Positions 48,749-59,403 of a DNA stretch of 64,000 nt are shown one piece after another. The notes beneath the pieces were generated by a model. The model worked only from the letters and a program-made list of their open reading frames with translations, did not search any database and was not told the origin of the DNA. Position numbers and translations under genes: made by a program. Origin of the DNA: Candidatus Levybacteria bacterium CG2_30_37_29 (lineage in GTDB: Bacteria; Patescibacteriota; Microgenomatia; Levybacterales; GWA1-39-11); NCBI GenBank assembly GCA_001873215.1, contig MNYS01000003.1:49455-113454 (forward strand). Direction: 5' to 3'. Position 1 is the first letter of the stretch. Each line of letters opens with the position of its first letter.

Positions 48749-50992
48749 ATGAAAACACTTAAAAAAACTTATTCACTAAAAGGTATGCATTGTGCATCTT
48801 GCGTACGAGTGATTGAAAGGGCGTTAAAAAAAGTTGACGGGGTTCTTGACGCAAACGTAAATTATGCTTCGGAAAAAGCAATCGTCACAATAGAAGAAAG
48901 AGTAAAAGATGATGATATTTTAAATTCCGTTTCTAGCGTAGGATACCAAGCTTTACTGGCTAATAATACTTCTGATGAAGAAGAAAATAAGGAAAAACAA
49001 AAAGATTTGGTAAGCTTAAGAAATAAAGTTGCTGTAAGTCTTTTTTTCGGAGCAATAATTACGTGGGGAAGTTTTCCCGGATTATCAAATTACGCTCCCG
49101 ATCTTTTTAAAAACTTTTTCTTTCAGCTTTTGCTTGCTACTCCTGTTCAATTCTGGGCAGGGCTCGCTTTTTACAAAGCCACAATTCCTGCACTTAAAAA
49201 TAGAACGGCAAACATGGATACACTTGTCGCAATAGGCACAAGCGTTGCATACTTTTATTCAGTTTTTGTAACGTTTTTTCCTGCAATACTTCAAAAATTT
49301 CAAATAGAAGCAATGCCTTATTTTGATGTTGCATCTGTTGTTATCGGATTAATTTTGTTAGGAAGGTTTTTGGAAGCCAAAGCCAAAGGACAAACCTCTC
49401 AGGCAATAAAAAAATTAATAGGACTTCAGGCAAAAACAGCGCGTGTTGTTAGAGACGGAAAGGAAATTGATGTTCCCATACAAGACGTAGTCGTAGGAGA
49501 TTTAATTCGCGTTAGACCCGGTGAAAAAATTCCGGTTGATGGAATTGTGACTGAGGGAGATTCGTCAATTGACGAATCTATGGTTACCGGAGAAAGCATT
49601 CCGGTTGAGAAAACAATTAAAGATATTGTAATCGGAGCAACATTAAATAAGTCAGGAACATTTCTTTATAAAGCAACAAAAGTAGGAAGTGAGACGATGC
49701 TATCTCAAATTATAAAACTCGTTCAAGAAGCGCAAGGAAGCAAGGCACCAATTCAAAGACTTGCAGATGTAATTTCTTCATATTTTGTTCCTGTCGTTAT
49801 AATTCTTTCTATTTTAACCTTTGTCGTATGGTATGTTTTTGGTCCTACGCCCGCTCTTGTTTTTGCAATTCTAAATTCTATTGCGGTTCTTATAATTGCA
49901 TGCCCGTGCGCAATGGGACTTGCAACACCCACGGCAATAATGGTCGGCACTGGAATAGGCGCTGAAAATGGGATTTTAATAAAAGATGCCCAGAGTCTTG
50001 AAATTGCCCATAAAGTAAATACAATTATTTTTGATAAAACAGGAACTTTGACTCACGGAACACCTAAGGTAACGGATATAGTTAAAGTTCAAAGTTCAAA
50101 ATTCAAAATTCAAAGTGATAGTGAGATATTAAGGTTGGCTGCCTCACTTGAAAAAGGGTCGGAACACTCTTTGGCAGAAGCAATTGTAAAAGACGCAGAA
50201 AATAAAAAAATTACATTAGATAAAATTGATAAATTCAAAGCCGTACCCGGACACGGGGTTGAAGGATTTCTAAAAATGGATAAAGTAATTCTTGGGAATA
50301 GAAAAATGATGGAGAGAGAAAAAGTTAACTTTAAGGATTCTGAAGAACAAATTGAAAAACTTGAGACAGAAGGAAAAACGGTTATGATGATAGCTGTTAA
50401 AAATGAGCTCATCGGGCTAATTGCAGTAGCAGATACGATAAAAGATAGCGCAAAAGAGGCAATACAAATACTTAACAAAATGCGTATTCAGACTATTATG
50501 ATTACTGGAGATAACATGAGAACTGCTGATGCAATAGCTAGAAGTTTGGGAATTTCTAAAATTTTAGCGGATGTTCTTCCTCAAGACAAAGAAAATGAGG
50601 TTAGAAAAATACAAAGTCAGGGAAAAGTTGTGGCAATGGTAGGAGACGGAATAAACGATGCTCCTGCGCTTGCCGCAGCTGATGTAGGAATAGCAATGGG
50701 AAGCGGTACTGACGTTGCAATTGAGGCAGCCGATATAACTCTTATAAATCATGATTTAAAGTCTGTAGTAAAAGCAATTATACTTTCCAAAAAAACAATG
50801 AGAACGATAAAATTAAATCTTTTCTGGGCATTCGGATACAATATAATTCTTATTCCTGTTGCGATGGGAGCTTTATATCCTTTTTCCGGCATACTCTTAA
50901 ATCCAATTTTTGCATCATTTGCTATGGCAACAAGTTCTGTGTCTGTTGTTACAAACTCTTTATTATTAAAACGTGCGAAAATTAATGTATAA
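48749..50992 (+). CDS. copA: Cu(I)-translocating P1B ATPase
   Basis: [29 protein letters not shown] / MxxSS. Confidence 0.96.
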   Translation: MKTLKKTYSLKGMHCASCVRVIERALKKVDGVLDANVNYASEKAIVTIEERVKDDDILNSVSSVGYQALLANNTSDEEENKEKQKDLVSLRNKVAVSLFFGAIITWGSFPGLSNYAPDLFKNFFFQLLLATPVQFWAGLAFYKATIPALKNRTANMDTLVAIGTSVAYFYSVFVTFFPAILQKFQIEAMPYFDVASVVIGLILLGRFLEAKAKGQTSQAIKKLIGLQAKTARVVRDGKEIDVPIQDVVVGDLIRVRPGEKIPVDGIVTEGDSSIDESMVTGESIPVEKTIKDIVIGATLNKSGTFLYKATKVGSETMLSQIIKLVQEAQGSKAPIQRLADVISSYFVPVVIILSILTFVVWYVFGPTPALVFAILNSIAVLIIACPCAMGLATPTAIMVGTGIGAENGILIKDAQSLEIAHKVNTIIFDKTGTLTHGTPKVTDIVKVQSSKFKIQSDSEILRLAASLEKGSEHSLAEAIVKDAENKKITLDKIDKFKAVPGHGVEGFLKMDKVILGNRKMMEREKVNFKDSEEQIEKLETEGKTVMMIAVKNELIGLIAVADTIKDSAKEAIQILNKMRIQTIMITGDNMRTADAIARSLGISKILADVLPQDKENEVRKIQSQGKVVAMVGDGINDAPALAAADVGIAMGSGTDVAIEAADITLINHDLKSVVKAIILSKKTMRTIKLNLFWAFGYNIILIPVAMGALYPFSGILLNPIFASFAMATSSVSVVTNSLLLKRAKINV

Positions 50993-51004
50993 TATTGCCA
51001 AGCT

Positions 51005-52033
51005 ATGAATTTAACAGCAGTATTTTTAACAGGACTTTTAACAGGAGGGCTTACGTGCATGGCGGTTCAGGGCGGACTTCTTGCTGCAACAATTGCAAAC
51101 AGAGAAGAAGAAAGGCTTAAAGAAGAAACGAAAAAAGGAAACGCCTTGCCAATTCTTGCTTTTTTAGGAACAAAACTTATAGCATATACGGTTTTGGGAT
51201 TTTTATTGGGTCTTTTGGGAAGCGTTTTCCAGCTTTCCATACCTTTACGGACTACCTTTCAAATCGCGGTTGCTGTTTTTATGATCGGAACTGCTCTAAA
51301 TCTTCTTAATGTTCATCCAATTTTTAGGTACTTTATCATCCAGCCGCCAAAAATTTTGACACGTCTTGTAAGAAATAGATCAAAGAGCAAGGATTTTTTT
51401 GCGCCGGCGCTTTTAGGAGCGTTTACCGTATTTATTCCGTGCGGAACAACGCAAGCAATGATGGTCCTTGCAGTTGGCTCGGGAAATCCGTTTTTAGGAG
51501 CAGCAATTCTTTTCGCGTTTGTCCTTGGAACATCTCCTATATTTTTCATACTGGGATACTTTGCGACAAAACTGGGAGATATTATGCAGAAAAATTTCGC
51601 AAAAGTCGCGGCAATTTCTATTATCCTTTTGGCTATTTACAACCTTGACGGTGCAATCGCGCTTACAGGAAGTAATTGGACACTTAAAAATATGTTTTCA
51701 AAAACAGTGTGTTTTTTTACTCTATGTGATGATGGCTCGAAAACCAACAATATTGCATTACAGGTCACTCAAGGTCCGGTTATTGATATAGAATCATATG
51801 GATACAATCCAAATATTATAAATGTCAAAGCAAATTCTAACGTAACTTTAAAAATTACAAACACAAACGGAAGTGGATGCATACAAGCATTTACTATTCC
51901 TCAATTAGGAGTACAAAAAGTTATTCCGCTGGGAACTTCTGACACAATTTCTTTTACAGCACCAGATGCTCCTCAAGATATTGCATTTATGTGCAGTATG
52001 GGAATGTTTCGGGGAATAATACATGTTATTTAA
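51005..52033 (+). CDS. DsbD_2/TauE-like membrane protein with C-terminal cupredoxin domain
   Basis: TCMAVQGG, FIPCG, FMCSMGMFRG. Confidence 0.8.
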   Translation: MNLTAVFLTGLLTGGLTCMAVQGGLLAATIANREEERLKEETKKGNALPILAFLGTKLIAYTVLGFLLGLLGSVFQLSIPLRTTFQIAVAVFMIGTALNLLNVHPIFRYFIIQPPKILTRLVRNRSKSKDFFAPALLGAFTVFIPCGTTQAMMVLAVGSGNPFLGAAILFAFVLGTSPIFFILGYFATKLGDIMQKNFAKVAAISIILLAIYNLDGAIALTGSNWTLKNMFSKTVCFFTLCDDGSKTNNIALQVTQGPVIDIESYGYNPNIINVKANSNVTLKITNTNGSGCIQAFTIPQLGVQKVIPLGTSDTISFTAPDAPQDIAFMCSMGMFRGIIHVI

Positions 52034-52249
52034 ATGAAAAAAATAAAACTTAAAATAAAAGGTATGCATTGTGCAAGTTGCGCTATGAATATAGATGGTG
52101 ATTTAGAAGATTTGGTAGACGGGGTAAAATCATCCAACACAAGTTATGCAAAGGGAGAAGTTGAGATTGAGTTTGATGAGAAAAATGTGAAAATTGAACA
52201 AATAATAAAGCAAATTACAAAAACAGGATATCAAGCAGAAATAGAATAA
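52034..52249 (+). CDS. copZ: Copper chaperone (HMA domain)
   Basis: GMHCASC; 71 aa. Confidence 0.88.
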   Translation: MKKIKLKIKGMHCASCAMNIDGDLEDLVDGVKSSNTSYAKGEVEIEFDEKNVKIEQIIKQITKTGYQAEIE

Positions 52250-52256
52250 TTTTAGA

Positions 52257-53324
52257 CTATAGTTCTATAAGGTTTTTTGGAGATTGCGTGAGCAGATTTA
52301 TTTTTTCTCCATCAAAATATACAGTATCTTCTATTCTTACTCCGCCAAAACCATTTATATAAATTCCGGGCTCTATGGTAAAGGGCGTGTTTGGATTAAT
52401 CTTTTCTTTAATTCCTGGGGAAATATGTGGAAGTTCATGGACAGCAAGTCCAACCCCATGTCCAACAGAATGTGGGATATTTGGGTATCCTTGGGAAATA
52501 ATATAATCTCTTGGGATTTTATCCAGATCTTGAGGCGTAAACATTTTTGGTTTAAACCCTTTTTCCTGCCCAATCCTCACTGTTTCGTACATTCTTTTAA
52601 ATTTTTCTGGAGCTTTTCCGAAAAAAACAGTGCGCGTCATGTCTGCGCAATATCCACCAGCCTTTGCGCCAAAATCCAAAAGAACAATTGAGCTTGATTT
52701 AAGTTTGGTTTCATCTGTTTTATGGTGAGGGATTGCAGAATTTTTACCAAAAGCGATAATTGACGGAAAACCAAGTTCTCCTCCGTGTTCGCGAATAAAC
52801 TTTTCAATTTCCCATGCCAATTCAAGCTCTGTTATTCCATTTCGGATCTTTTTTAAAACATAATCGAGAGCAGAGTCCGTAAGGTTGCAAGCTTTATGTA
52901 GTGATTTAAGTTCGGTTTGATCTTTAATTGTTCGAATTTCCTCGATAATACTCTCTGCAAGTTTAAGCTTAACCCCTATTAATTTTTTAAAGCGAATGTA
53001 TTCTGAATAAGTTAGATTTTCTTCAAAACCAATATTTGTTATCTTCTCATGTTTTAAAAACTCTTCAAGCGTTTTTTGGAGTTGGGTTATCAAAAAAACT
53101 TTGATCGGATCTTTTACCGATTTTTTAACCTCATCAAAATAAAGAGTGTTTGTAAATAAAATTGCATATTTTTTTGTCACAAAAATATATGCGTCACGTT
53201 CTTCAGACATAAATCCGGAGTATCCCGTGATGTAGCGGATATTTATGCTTGAGCTAACTAATAGCGCATCAATCTTTCTTTCTGTGAGTATTGTTTGGAT
53301 TTTTTGTATTCTGTTAGGGTTCAT
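52257..53324 (-). CDS. Xaa-Pro aminopeptidase (M24 family)
   Basis: LDFGA..YCADMTRT, HSVGHGVGLAVHE, TIEPGIY, GVRIED. Confidence 0.93.
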   Translation of the reverse strand: MNPNRIQKIQTILTERKIDALLVSSSINIRYITGYSGFMSEERDAYIFVTKKYAILFTNTLYFDEVKKSVKDPIKVFLITQLQKTLEEFLKHEKITNIGFEENLTYSEYIRFKKLIGVKLKLAESIIEEIRTIKDQTELKSLHKACNLTDSALDYVLKKIRNGITELELAWEIEKFIREHGGELGFPSIIAFGKNSAIPHHKTDETKLKSSSIVLLDFGAKAGGYCADMTRTVFFGKAPEKFKRMYETVRIGQEKGFKPKMFTPQDLDKIPRDYIISQGYPNIPHSVGHGVGLAVHELPHISPGIKEKINPNTPFTIEPGIYINGFGGVRIEDTVYFDGEKINLLTQSPKNLIEL

Positions 53325-53568
53325 TTTCGAAATTATAGCACGGTCTTAGTGTATTTACATAAGGTGATGAGTCTGGTAAAATAACATGAGTTCGAATTTC
53401 GTCAAACCGCTGGCGGTGTCGTAATTCGAATTTTTTTGATTTAGCGTATATTATACCGTTAACTCTTGGCGCGTTCGCAAACTTGCTCACTTGCCAGAGA
53501 CTCACGGTATTTTCTCGCTCAAGGACTTTTATTTATAGAGCGCGTAGCTTGCATAAGGAGCTCAAAAA

Positions 53569-55716
53569 ATGGCTGATACAGATAGAAACGTACCGTTAGA
53601 AAAAATTCGCAATATCGGGATTATTGCGCATATTGACGCGGGAAAAACCACAACTTCCGAGCGCATTCTTTTTTACACAGGAAAGTCCTACAAGATTGGT
53701 GATATTGATGAAGGAAATACTGTTATGGACTGGATGGATCAGGAGCGCGAACGAGGAATTACTATTGTCAGTGCCGCAACAACCACTTTTTGGACACATA
53801 CTCCTATCGGTAAGTCCAGTGACCAAGATGCACCTTACAGGATAAATCTTATCGATACTCCAGGACACGTTGACTTTACAGCAGAGGTTGAAAGATCTCT
53901 CCGCGTTTTGGACGGCGCGGTTACCGTTCTTGATGCTGAAGAAGGCGTCCAGTCGCAAAGTGAAACTGTTTGGCGTCAGGCAGACAAATACAAAGTCCCG
54001 CGAATTTGTTTTATCAACAAAATGGATAAGCTCGGAGCTGATTTTCTAAAGACTGTTGCTTCTATTGAGAAACGTCTTGGTGCAAACCCGATTATTATGG
54101 TTCTTCCGATTGGCGCGGAGCAGGATTTTAAGGGAATTGTTGATCTTTTAAACATGAAAACCATTACTTGGACAGGCGAGGAACTCGGCGCAAAGTATGA
54201 CGTGTCCGATGAAATTCCTGAAAATATGAAAAAGCTAGTTGAAGAGTACCGCCACAAAATGATTGAGAAAATTGCGGAAAACGATGATGAGCTTTTGGAT
54301 AAATATTTAAATGGAACAGAATTGACTGTTGAGGAATTAAAGGCCGGTCTTAGAAAAGCGGTAGTTGGTTATAAAGTAGTTCCAATTTATGCGGGGTCTT
54401 CTCTGCGCAATAAAGGCGTTCAGCCGCTTCTTGATGCAGTCGTTGATTATCTTCCGTCACCAATGGATTTGAAAGAAGTGAAGGGTTTGTCTCCAAAAAC
54501 GGGCGCGGAAGAAATAAGACAATTGGTTCCCGAAGAATCTTTTGCGGGCTTTGCTTTTAAAGTTCAAATTGACCCTCACGTTGGGAAAATTACATTTGTT
54601 CGCCTCTACTCCGGCAAAATTGATTCCGGTTCATACATTTATAATTCTTCAAAAGGAATAAAAGAGCGTGTCGGGCGCCTTCTTCTTATGCATTCAAATC
54701 AACGTGAGGAAATAAAAGTTGCTTATTCCGGAGAAATTGTTGCTGTTGTCGGTTTGAAAGACACGGTTACCGGAGATACATTGTGTGATGAGGCAAAACC
54801 TATTATTCTTGAAAAAATTTCATTTCCTGAGCCTGTTATTTCTCTTGCAATTGAGCCGAAAACAAAAAATGATCAGGAGAAAATGGGACTTGCGCTAAAA
54901 AGGCTTATGGAAGAAGATCCTACTTTTAGCGTTAAGACAAATCATGAAACAGGGCAGACAATTATGTCGGGGATCGGCGAGCTGCAATTGGAGATTATGG
55001 TTGACCGCATGAAGCGGGAATTTGGCGTTGACGCAAATGTAGGCGCGCCTCAAGTGGCCTACAAAGAAACAATTGCTATTGAAGCAACAGGTGAGGGTAA
55101 ATATATTAAGCAAACAGGAGGACGTGGGCAATATGGACACTGTCTTCTTAGAATTGCGCCCGTACCGCGTGGTGAAGGCTACGAATTTGTAAATGCAATA
55201 AAAGGAGGCGCGATTCCTGCCGAATTTATAGGTTCTATTGAAAAAGGAGTTAAGGAGACTTTGGAAAAAGGAATTTTATTGGGGTATCCGATGGTTGATA
55301 TGAAAGTAACTGTTTACGACGGTTCATATCATGATGTTGATTCTTCAGATATTGCTTTTAAAATTGCTGCGAGTATGGCGCTTCAAACAGCTTCCAAAAA
55401 AGCAAATCTACAACTTCTTGAACCGATTATGAAAATTGAGGTGACAACTCCTGAAGAATTTATGGGAGATGTAATAGGTGATCTTAGTTCAAAGCGTGCG
55501 CAAATCACAGGAACAGAAGAACGCGGAAATGCGCGCATAATTTTGGGTCTTGTTCCGCTGTCAGAACTTTCAGGATACGCGACGACTCTTAGGTCTATGT
55601 CGCAGGGACGCGCTACTTATTATATGGAACCTTCGCATTACGAAGAAGTTCCGCGAAACATTGTTGAAGCAATGCTTGCCAAATCCACATTCACCGGAAG
55701 AATTACCGCGCAGTAA
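53569..55716 (+). CDS. fusA: Elongation factor G
   Basis: [32 protein letters not shown]. Confidence 0.99.
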   Translation: MADTDRNVPLEKIRNIGIIAHIDAGKTTTSERILFYTGKSYKIGDIDEGNTVMDWMDQERERGITIVSAATTTFWTHTPIGKSSDQDAPYRINLIDTPGHVDFTAEVERSLRVLDGAVTVLDAEEGVQSQSETVWRQADKYKVPRICFINKMDKLGADFLKTVASIEKRLGANPIIMVLPIGAEQDFKGIVDLLNMKTITWTGEELGAKYDVSDEIPENMKKLVEEYRHKMIEKIAENDDELLDKYLNGTELTVEELKAGLRKAVVGYKVVPIYAGSSLRNKGVQPLLDAVVDYLPSPMDLKEVKGLSPKTGAEEIRQLVPEESFAGFAFKVQIDPHVGKITFVRLYSGKIDSGSYIYNSSKGIKERVGRLLLMHSNQREEIKVAYSGEIVAVVGLKDTVTGDTLCDEAKPIILEKISFPEPVISLAIEPKTKNDQEKMGLALKRLMEEDPTFSVKTNHETGQTIMSGIGELQLEIMVDRMKREFGVDANVGAPQVAYKETIAIEATGEGKYIKQTGGRGQYGHCLLRIAPVPRGEGYEFVNAIKGGAIPAEFIGSIEKGVKETLEKGILLGYPMVDMKVTVYDGSYHDVDSSDIAFKIAASMALQTASKKANLQLLEPIMKIEVTTPEEFMGDVIGDLSSKRAQITGTEERGNARIILGLVPLSELSGYATTLRSMSQGRATYYMEPSHYEEVPRNIVEAMLAKSTFTGRITAQ

Positions 55717-55718
55717 TT

Positions 55719-55885
55719 TATTTCTTGTTCTTTTTTCCGCAAAAAGAACCAAAAGCTCTCGCCGAGTCTTGTTCAAGCTTTCAAAATTTATTTCACTCAC
55801 TGAAAGCATCGGACTTCGCCTTTCAGCTTTCCGGGCGTTCGTTCAACAAATTTTTCAAGATTTCACTTCAAATCGGCGAATATAC
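55719..55885 (-). ncRNA. Putative structured RNA or ssDNA element, copy B
   Basis: Collinear with 47071-47236 with a single 1-nt indel; covarying stems. Confidence 0.65.
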
Positions 55886-55910
55886 TTAGAATTTAGTATA
55901 ATTAATTGTT

Positions 55911-57086
55911 ATGGCTAGGGTTGCTCTGTCCGAATATGCTGCCAAGATGGCGCTCCACACTTTTTTAGGCCTTACTTATCACGGCCTATCTTTTAATGCC
56001 GATACCGATGTTGTCGAAAAAATTAATGAGTTTGTTCGTCCCGACAGAAAATATGTTGTAAAAGTTGATGAAGGGGTAAAACGCAGGATGAAACAAGGCT
56101 TAGTCACCCTTGATACCGATCTTAATGGAGTTATTCTTGCAATAGAAAATTACAGAAAGCGCGGCTATTCATATTTTTTAGTCGAAGAATATGTTCCTCA
56201 TGATTCATCTCTTGAGAAGTATTTATCCCTTGAGAGAACAACTCTTGGAACCGTTGTTTCGTATTCGCATAAAGGAGGAATAGATATTGAAAAACATAAA
56301 GAAGAAGTAGAAACGCTTCTTTTAAAAGATTTACAAGCCGCACGAAGCGTTGCAGAAGGATTGGGAATGGATGAAGAAGTTTTTTTGAAATTAAAAGAGG
56401 CATTTGACGATCTTTATTTTTCATTTCTTGAAATAAATCCGCTTGTTGTTAAGTTTGACAGCTTTCAGATTTTGGATATTGCAGGAGAAGTAGATAGCGC
56501 GGCAGAATTTTTTGTCCAAGACTGGTCTTCTTCTGACTTTCGTAATGCTCGTGCTTCAAAGCTAACTGATGAGGAAAAAAATATTTTGCGGCTTTCGGCA
56601 AAAAGTCCGGCAGCATTTAAATTAAATGTTCTAAATCCTGACGGAAGCATTTTTATGCTTCTTTCAGGCGGCGGCGCAAGTATTGTTTTGGCTGATGAAG
56701 TAAAAAATATTGGCCATGGAGGAGAGCTTGCAAATTACGGGGAGTATTCCGGAAACCCGAATGAGGAAGAAACCTACATTTATACAAAAAATTTACTAAG
56801 TTTGCTTCTTAAATCTGAATCAGACAAAAAAGTATTGATTATTGCCGGAGGAGTTGCAAATTTTACTGATGTCAGAATAACTTTTAAAGGAATTATTAAT
56901 GCAATTTCAGAGGTGAGCGAGAAATTAAAAGATCAAGGTATTGAAATTTATGTACGGCGCGGGGGTCCTCACCAAAAAGAGGGATTGAAGCTTATAAGCG
57001 ATTTTGTTTCCGAAAACGGGCTTATCGGAAAAGTTCACGGACCGGAAATGATATTAACAGACATAATTCATGAAGCTATAAAATAA
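55911..57086 (+). CDS. aclB: ATP-citrate lyase beta subunit (ATP-grasp + citrate-binding)
   Basis: LEINPL, GGGAS, ANYGEYSGNP, GGVANFT, VRRGGP. Confidence 0.9.
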   Translation: MARVALSEYAAKMALHTFLGLTYHGLSFNADTDVVEKINEFVRPDRKYVVKVDEGVKRRMKQGLVTLDTDLNGVILAIENYRKRGYSYFLVEEYVPHDSSLEKYLSLERTTLGTVVSYSHKGGIDIEKHKEEVETLLLKDLQAARSVAEGLGMDEEVFLKLKEAFDDLYFSFLEINPLVVKFDSFQILDIAGEVDSAAEFFVQDWSSSDFRNARASKLTDEEKNILRLSAKSPAAFKLNVLNPDGSIFMLLSGGGASIVLADEVKNIGHGGELANYGEYSGNPNEEETYIYTKNLLSLLLKSESDKKVLIIAGGVANFTDVRITFKGIINAISEVSEKLKDQGIEIYVRRGGPHQKEGLKLISDFVSENGLIGKVHGPEMILTDIIHEAIK

Positions 57087-57170
57087 TTTTAAATTACAAA
57101 TTTTAAATTAAAAATGAAATCTAAATGTTTTAAAATTTATAAATTGATAATTGATTGAAAATTAAAAATT

Positions 57171-57209
57171 CCCGCCTGCAACGTTTAATGTGAAGTATTT
57201 GCGGGCAGG
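57171..57209. repeat. GC-rich imperfect palindrome nested in an AT-rich array between aclB and aclA
   Basis: cccgcctgcaa...ttgcgggcagg. Confidence 0.6.
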
Positions 57210-57231
57210 TAAAATTGAAAATTCTGAAACT

Positions 57232-59022
57232 ATGTTAGATATTGAAAAATTGCGAAAACAAAACCATTCAATTCTTTTCATCGGAAGTTATCCGGCTATT
57301 ATTCAAAGTGCTTTGGATTATGAATTTCATTTAGGGCGCGACAAGCCTTCAATTAAAGCAATATTTGCTTCAGGCCGTAAATTTGAGAGATATTTCTTTG
57401 GGAAAAAAGAGATACTTCTTCCTGTGTATTCTTCTTGGGAGAGGATACCTGAAAAAATAAGAAACGGTATAACACTTTTTGTAAATGTTGCTTCCGCAAG
57501 AAGAGTTCTTACGTTAACGGTTGAGGCAATAGATTCTCTGCCAAGTCTTTCGGGAGGAGTTATTTTTGCAGAAAATGTTCCGGAAAAACATGCACTGGAC
57601 TTAAGGGCAATAACAGATTCCAAAAATATTTTTCTAATAGGTCCGGCAAGCGTAGGACTTCTTATTCCTGAAACTCTTAAGCTTGGGGCAATTGGAGGGG
57701 TAGAGTCACAGCAATTAATAGATGCACATATTTTTGATGCTGGAAGTGTTGCCGTTCTTTCGGCTTCCGGAGGTATGACAAACGAGATTATAAATATTGT
57801 AACAGGGATGAATAAAAAAATATCTTTTTCCATGTCTTTTGGAGGAGATAGATTTCCTCTATTGCGCCCATCAGAGGCTTTTTTGGCTGCACAAAATGAT
57901 CCAAAAACCAAAACAATTATTTATTTTGGAGAGCTTGGAGGGGTTGATGAATATGAGGTGGCAAGTCTTATTTCAGAAAAAAAAGTTACAAAAACCGTTA
58001 TTGCCTATATAGCAGGAGTTGTTGCAGAGATTTTTCCTCAAGCTCCTCAGTTTGGACACGCAAAAGCCATGGCAGCAAACCAAAAAGAAACAGCACGCGC
58101 AAAACGTGATGTTTTAGCGGGCGTGGGGGTAAAAATTGCAGAATCATTCTCGCAATTTGTTGATTTAATTGAATCGCTTCCATCTGTTCCAGATGACAAA
58201 AAAAGTAATATAATAGAAGATATGAGTGATAGAAAACATGCACTTATTGCATCAAGTATTTCAAAAGATACCGACGGTACGGTATCGATTTTGGGAGAGG
58301 ACCTTCTTTCTTTTTCAAAAAAGAATTCATTTGCTTACATTGTTTCTTCCCTGTTTTTGGGAAAAAAGATTAAATCTCCTGAATTTGAGGAATTTGTAGA
58401 TTTTGTCTTGCGTCTTCTTGTAGACCATGGTCCTTATGTAAGTGGCGCGGTTAATACGATTATTGCGTCCCGTGCAGGGAGGGATCTTGTGTCAAGTTTG
58501 TCCGCGGGTCTTCTTACGATTGGTCCAAGATTTGGCGGGGCAATAAATGAAGCCGCAGGGAATTGGCTTGAAGGTGTTATGAATAATAAAAACCCCGGCG
58601 AATTTGTTGAAGAATTTGCCGCGAAGAAAAAATATATTCCTGGAATTGGACATAGAAAATACAGAAGTGATTATCCTGACCCAAGGGTATCTGAAATTAT
58701 ATCTTTTTCAGGCGGACTCAAGGGAAAATTTACATCGTTTGCCAGAGAGGTTGAGAAAATAACAGTTGGTAAAAAAGGCAACCTTATTTTAAATGTAGAC
58801 GGTGCAATAGCCGCAGTTGCTCTTGACATTTTGTCAGAAAAGGAGCAATACTCAAATGAAGAGCTTTTGCATCTTTCAGAGATAGAATTTTTTAATGCGC
58901 TTTTTGTTTTAAGTAGATCTGTTGGATTTATAGCGCATTTTCTTGATCAGAAAAGGCTTGACGAAGGAATTTTCAGACTTGAAGAAGACCAGGTTGCTCA
59001 AGCAGAAATACATAAAGAATAA
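57232..59022 (+). CDS. aclA: ATP-citrate lyase alpha subunit (CoA-binding + citryl-CoA lyase)
   Basis: IGPASVG, SGGM, GGDRFP, phospho-His FGHA, DHGP.VSG, PGIGHR, LNVDG. Confidence 0.92.
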   Translation: MLDIEKLRKQNHSILFIGSYPAIIQSALDYEFHLGRDKPSIKAIFASGRKFERYFFGKKEILLPVYSSWERIPEKIRNGITLFVNVASARRVLTLTVEAIDSLPSLSGGVIFAENVPEKHALDLRAITDSKNIFLIGPASVGLLIPETLKLGAIGGVESQQLIDAHIFDAGSVAVLSASGGMTNEIINIVTGMNKKISFSMSFGGDRFPLLRPSEAFLAAQNDPKTKTIIYFGELGGVDEYEVASLISEKKVTKTVIAYIAGVVAEIFPQAPQFGHAKAMAANQKETARAKRDVLAGVGVKIAESFSQFVDLIESLPSVPDDKKSNIIEDMSDRKHALIASSISKDTDGTVSILGEDLLSFSKKNSFAYIVSSLFLGKKIKSPEFEEFVDFVLRLLVDHGPYVSGAVNTIIASRAGRDLVSSLSAGLLTIGPRFGGAINEAAGNWLEGVMNNKNPGEFVEEFAAKKKYIPGIGHRKYRSDYPDPRVSEIISFSGGLKGKFTSFAREVEKITVGKKGNLILNVDGAIAAVALDILSEKEQYSNEELLHLSEIEFFNALFVLSRSVGFIAHFLDQKRLDEGIFRLEEDQVAQAEIHKE

Positions 59023-59024
59023 TT

Positions 59025-59360
59025 ATGATAAGTCTAAAAAAGAATAAAGAAATGTTTTGGTTTTTTGAAGTTCTTTTTCTTACACCATTGGCAATTTTCT
59101 GGATGGGAGTTTTGATATTGATGTTGGGAAAATCCGAAAGCATTTTGCGCGCGGTTGTAGGTCAGCCTCTTGATCCGATAAGAAGTACTGTTATTGTCAT
59201 TGTTTGTCCGTTTTTTGCGTCTTGGCTTGCGTGGCAGTACACAAAAGAGAATAAAAAAGACAAAAGCACTACCATAAAATACGCAAAGTATATTATGGCG
59301 GTTGGAGTTGTTTCAATAATTCTTGTTCTTCTCTATCTTTACGGTCCAAATTCCAGCTAG
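59025..59360 (+). CDS. Small three-TM membrane protein
   Basis: Hydrophobic ORF immediately after aclA. Confidence 0.6.
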   Translation: MISLKKNKEMFWFFEVLFLTPLAIFWMGVLILMLGKSESILRAVVGQPLDPIRSTVIVIVCPFFASWLAWQYTKENKKDKSTTIKYAKYIMAVGVVSIILVLLYLYGPNSS

Positions 59361-59403
59361 CCTTGATTATAATTCGTTAATCTACTACAATAGCTTCAAA
59401 GCT

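Noticed and set aside
53364-53403. TGATGAG as a possible hammerhead ribozyme core
   Set aside because: Lacks the CUGAUGA start and a correctly placed GAAA with stems on the same strand.
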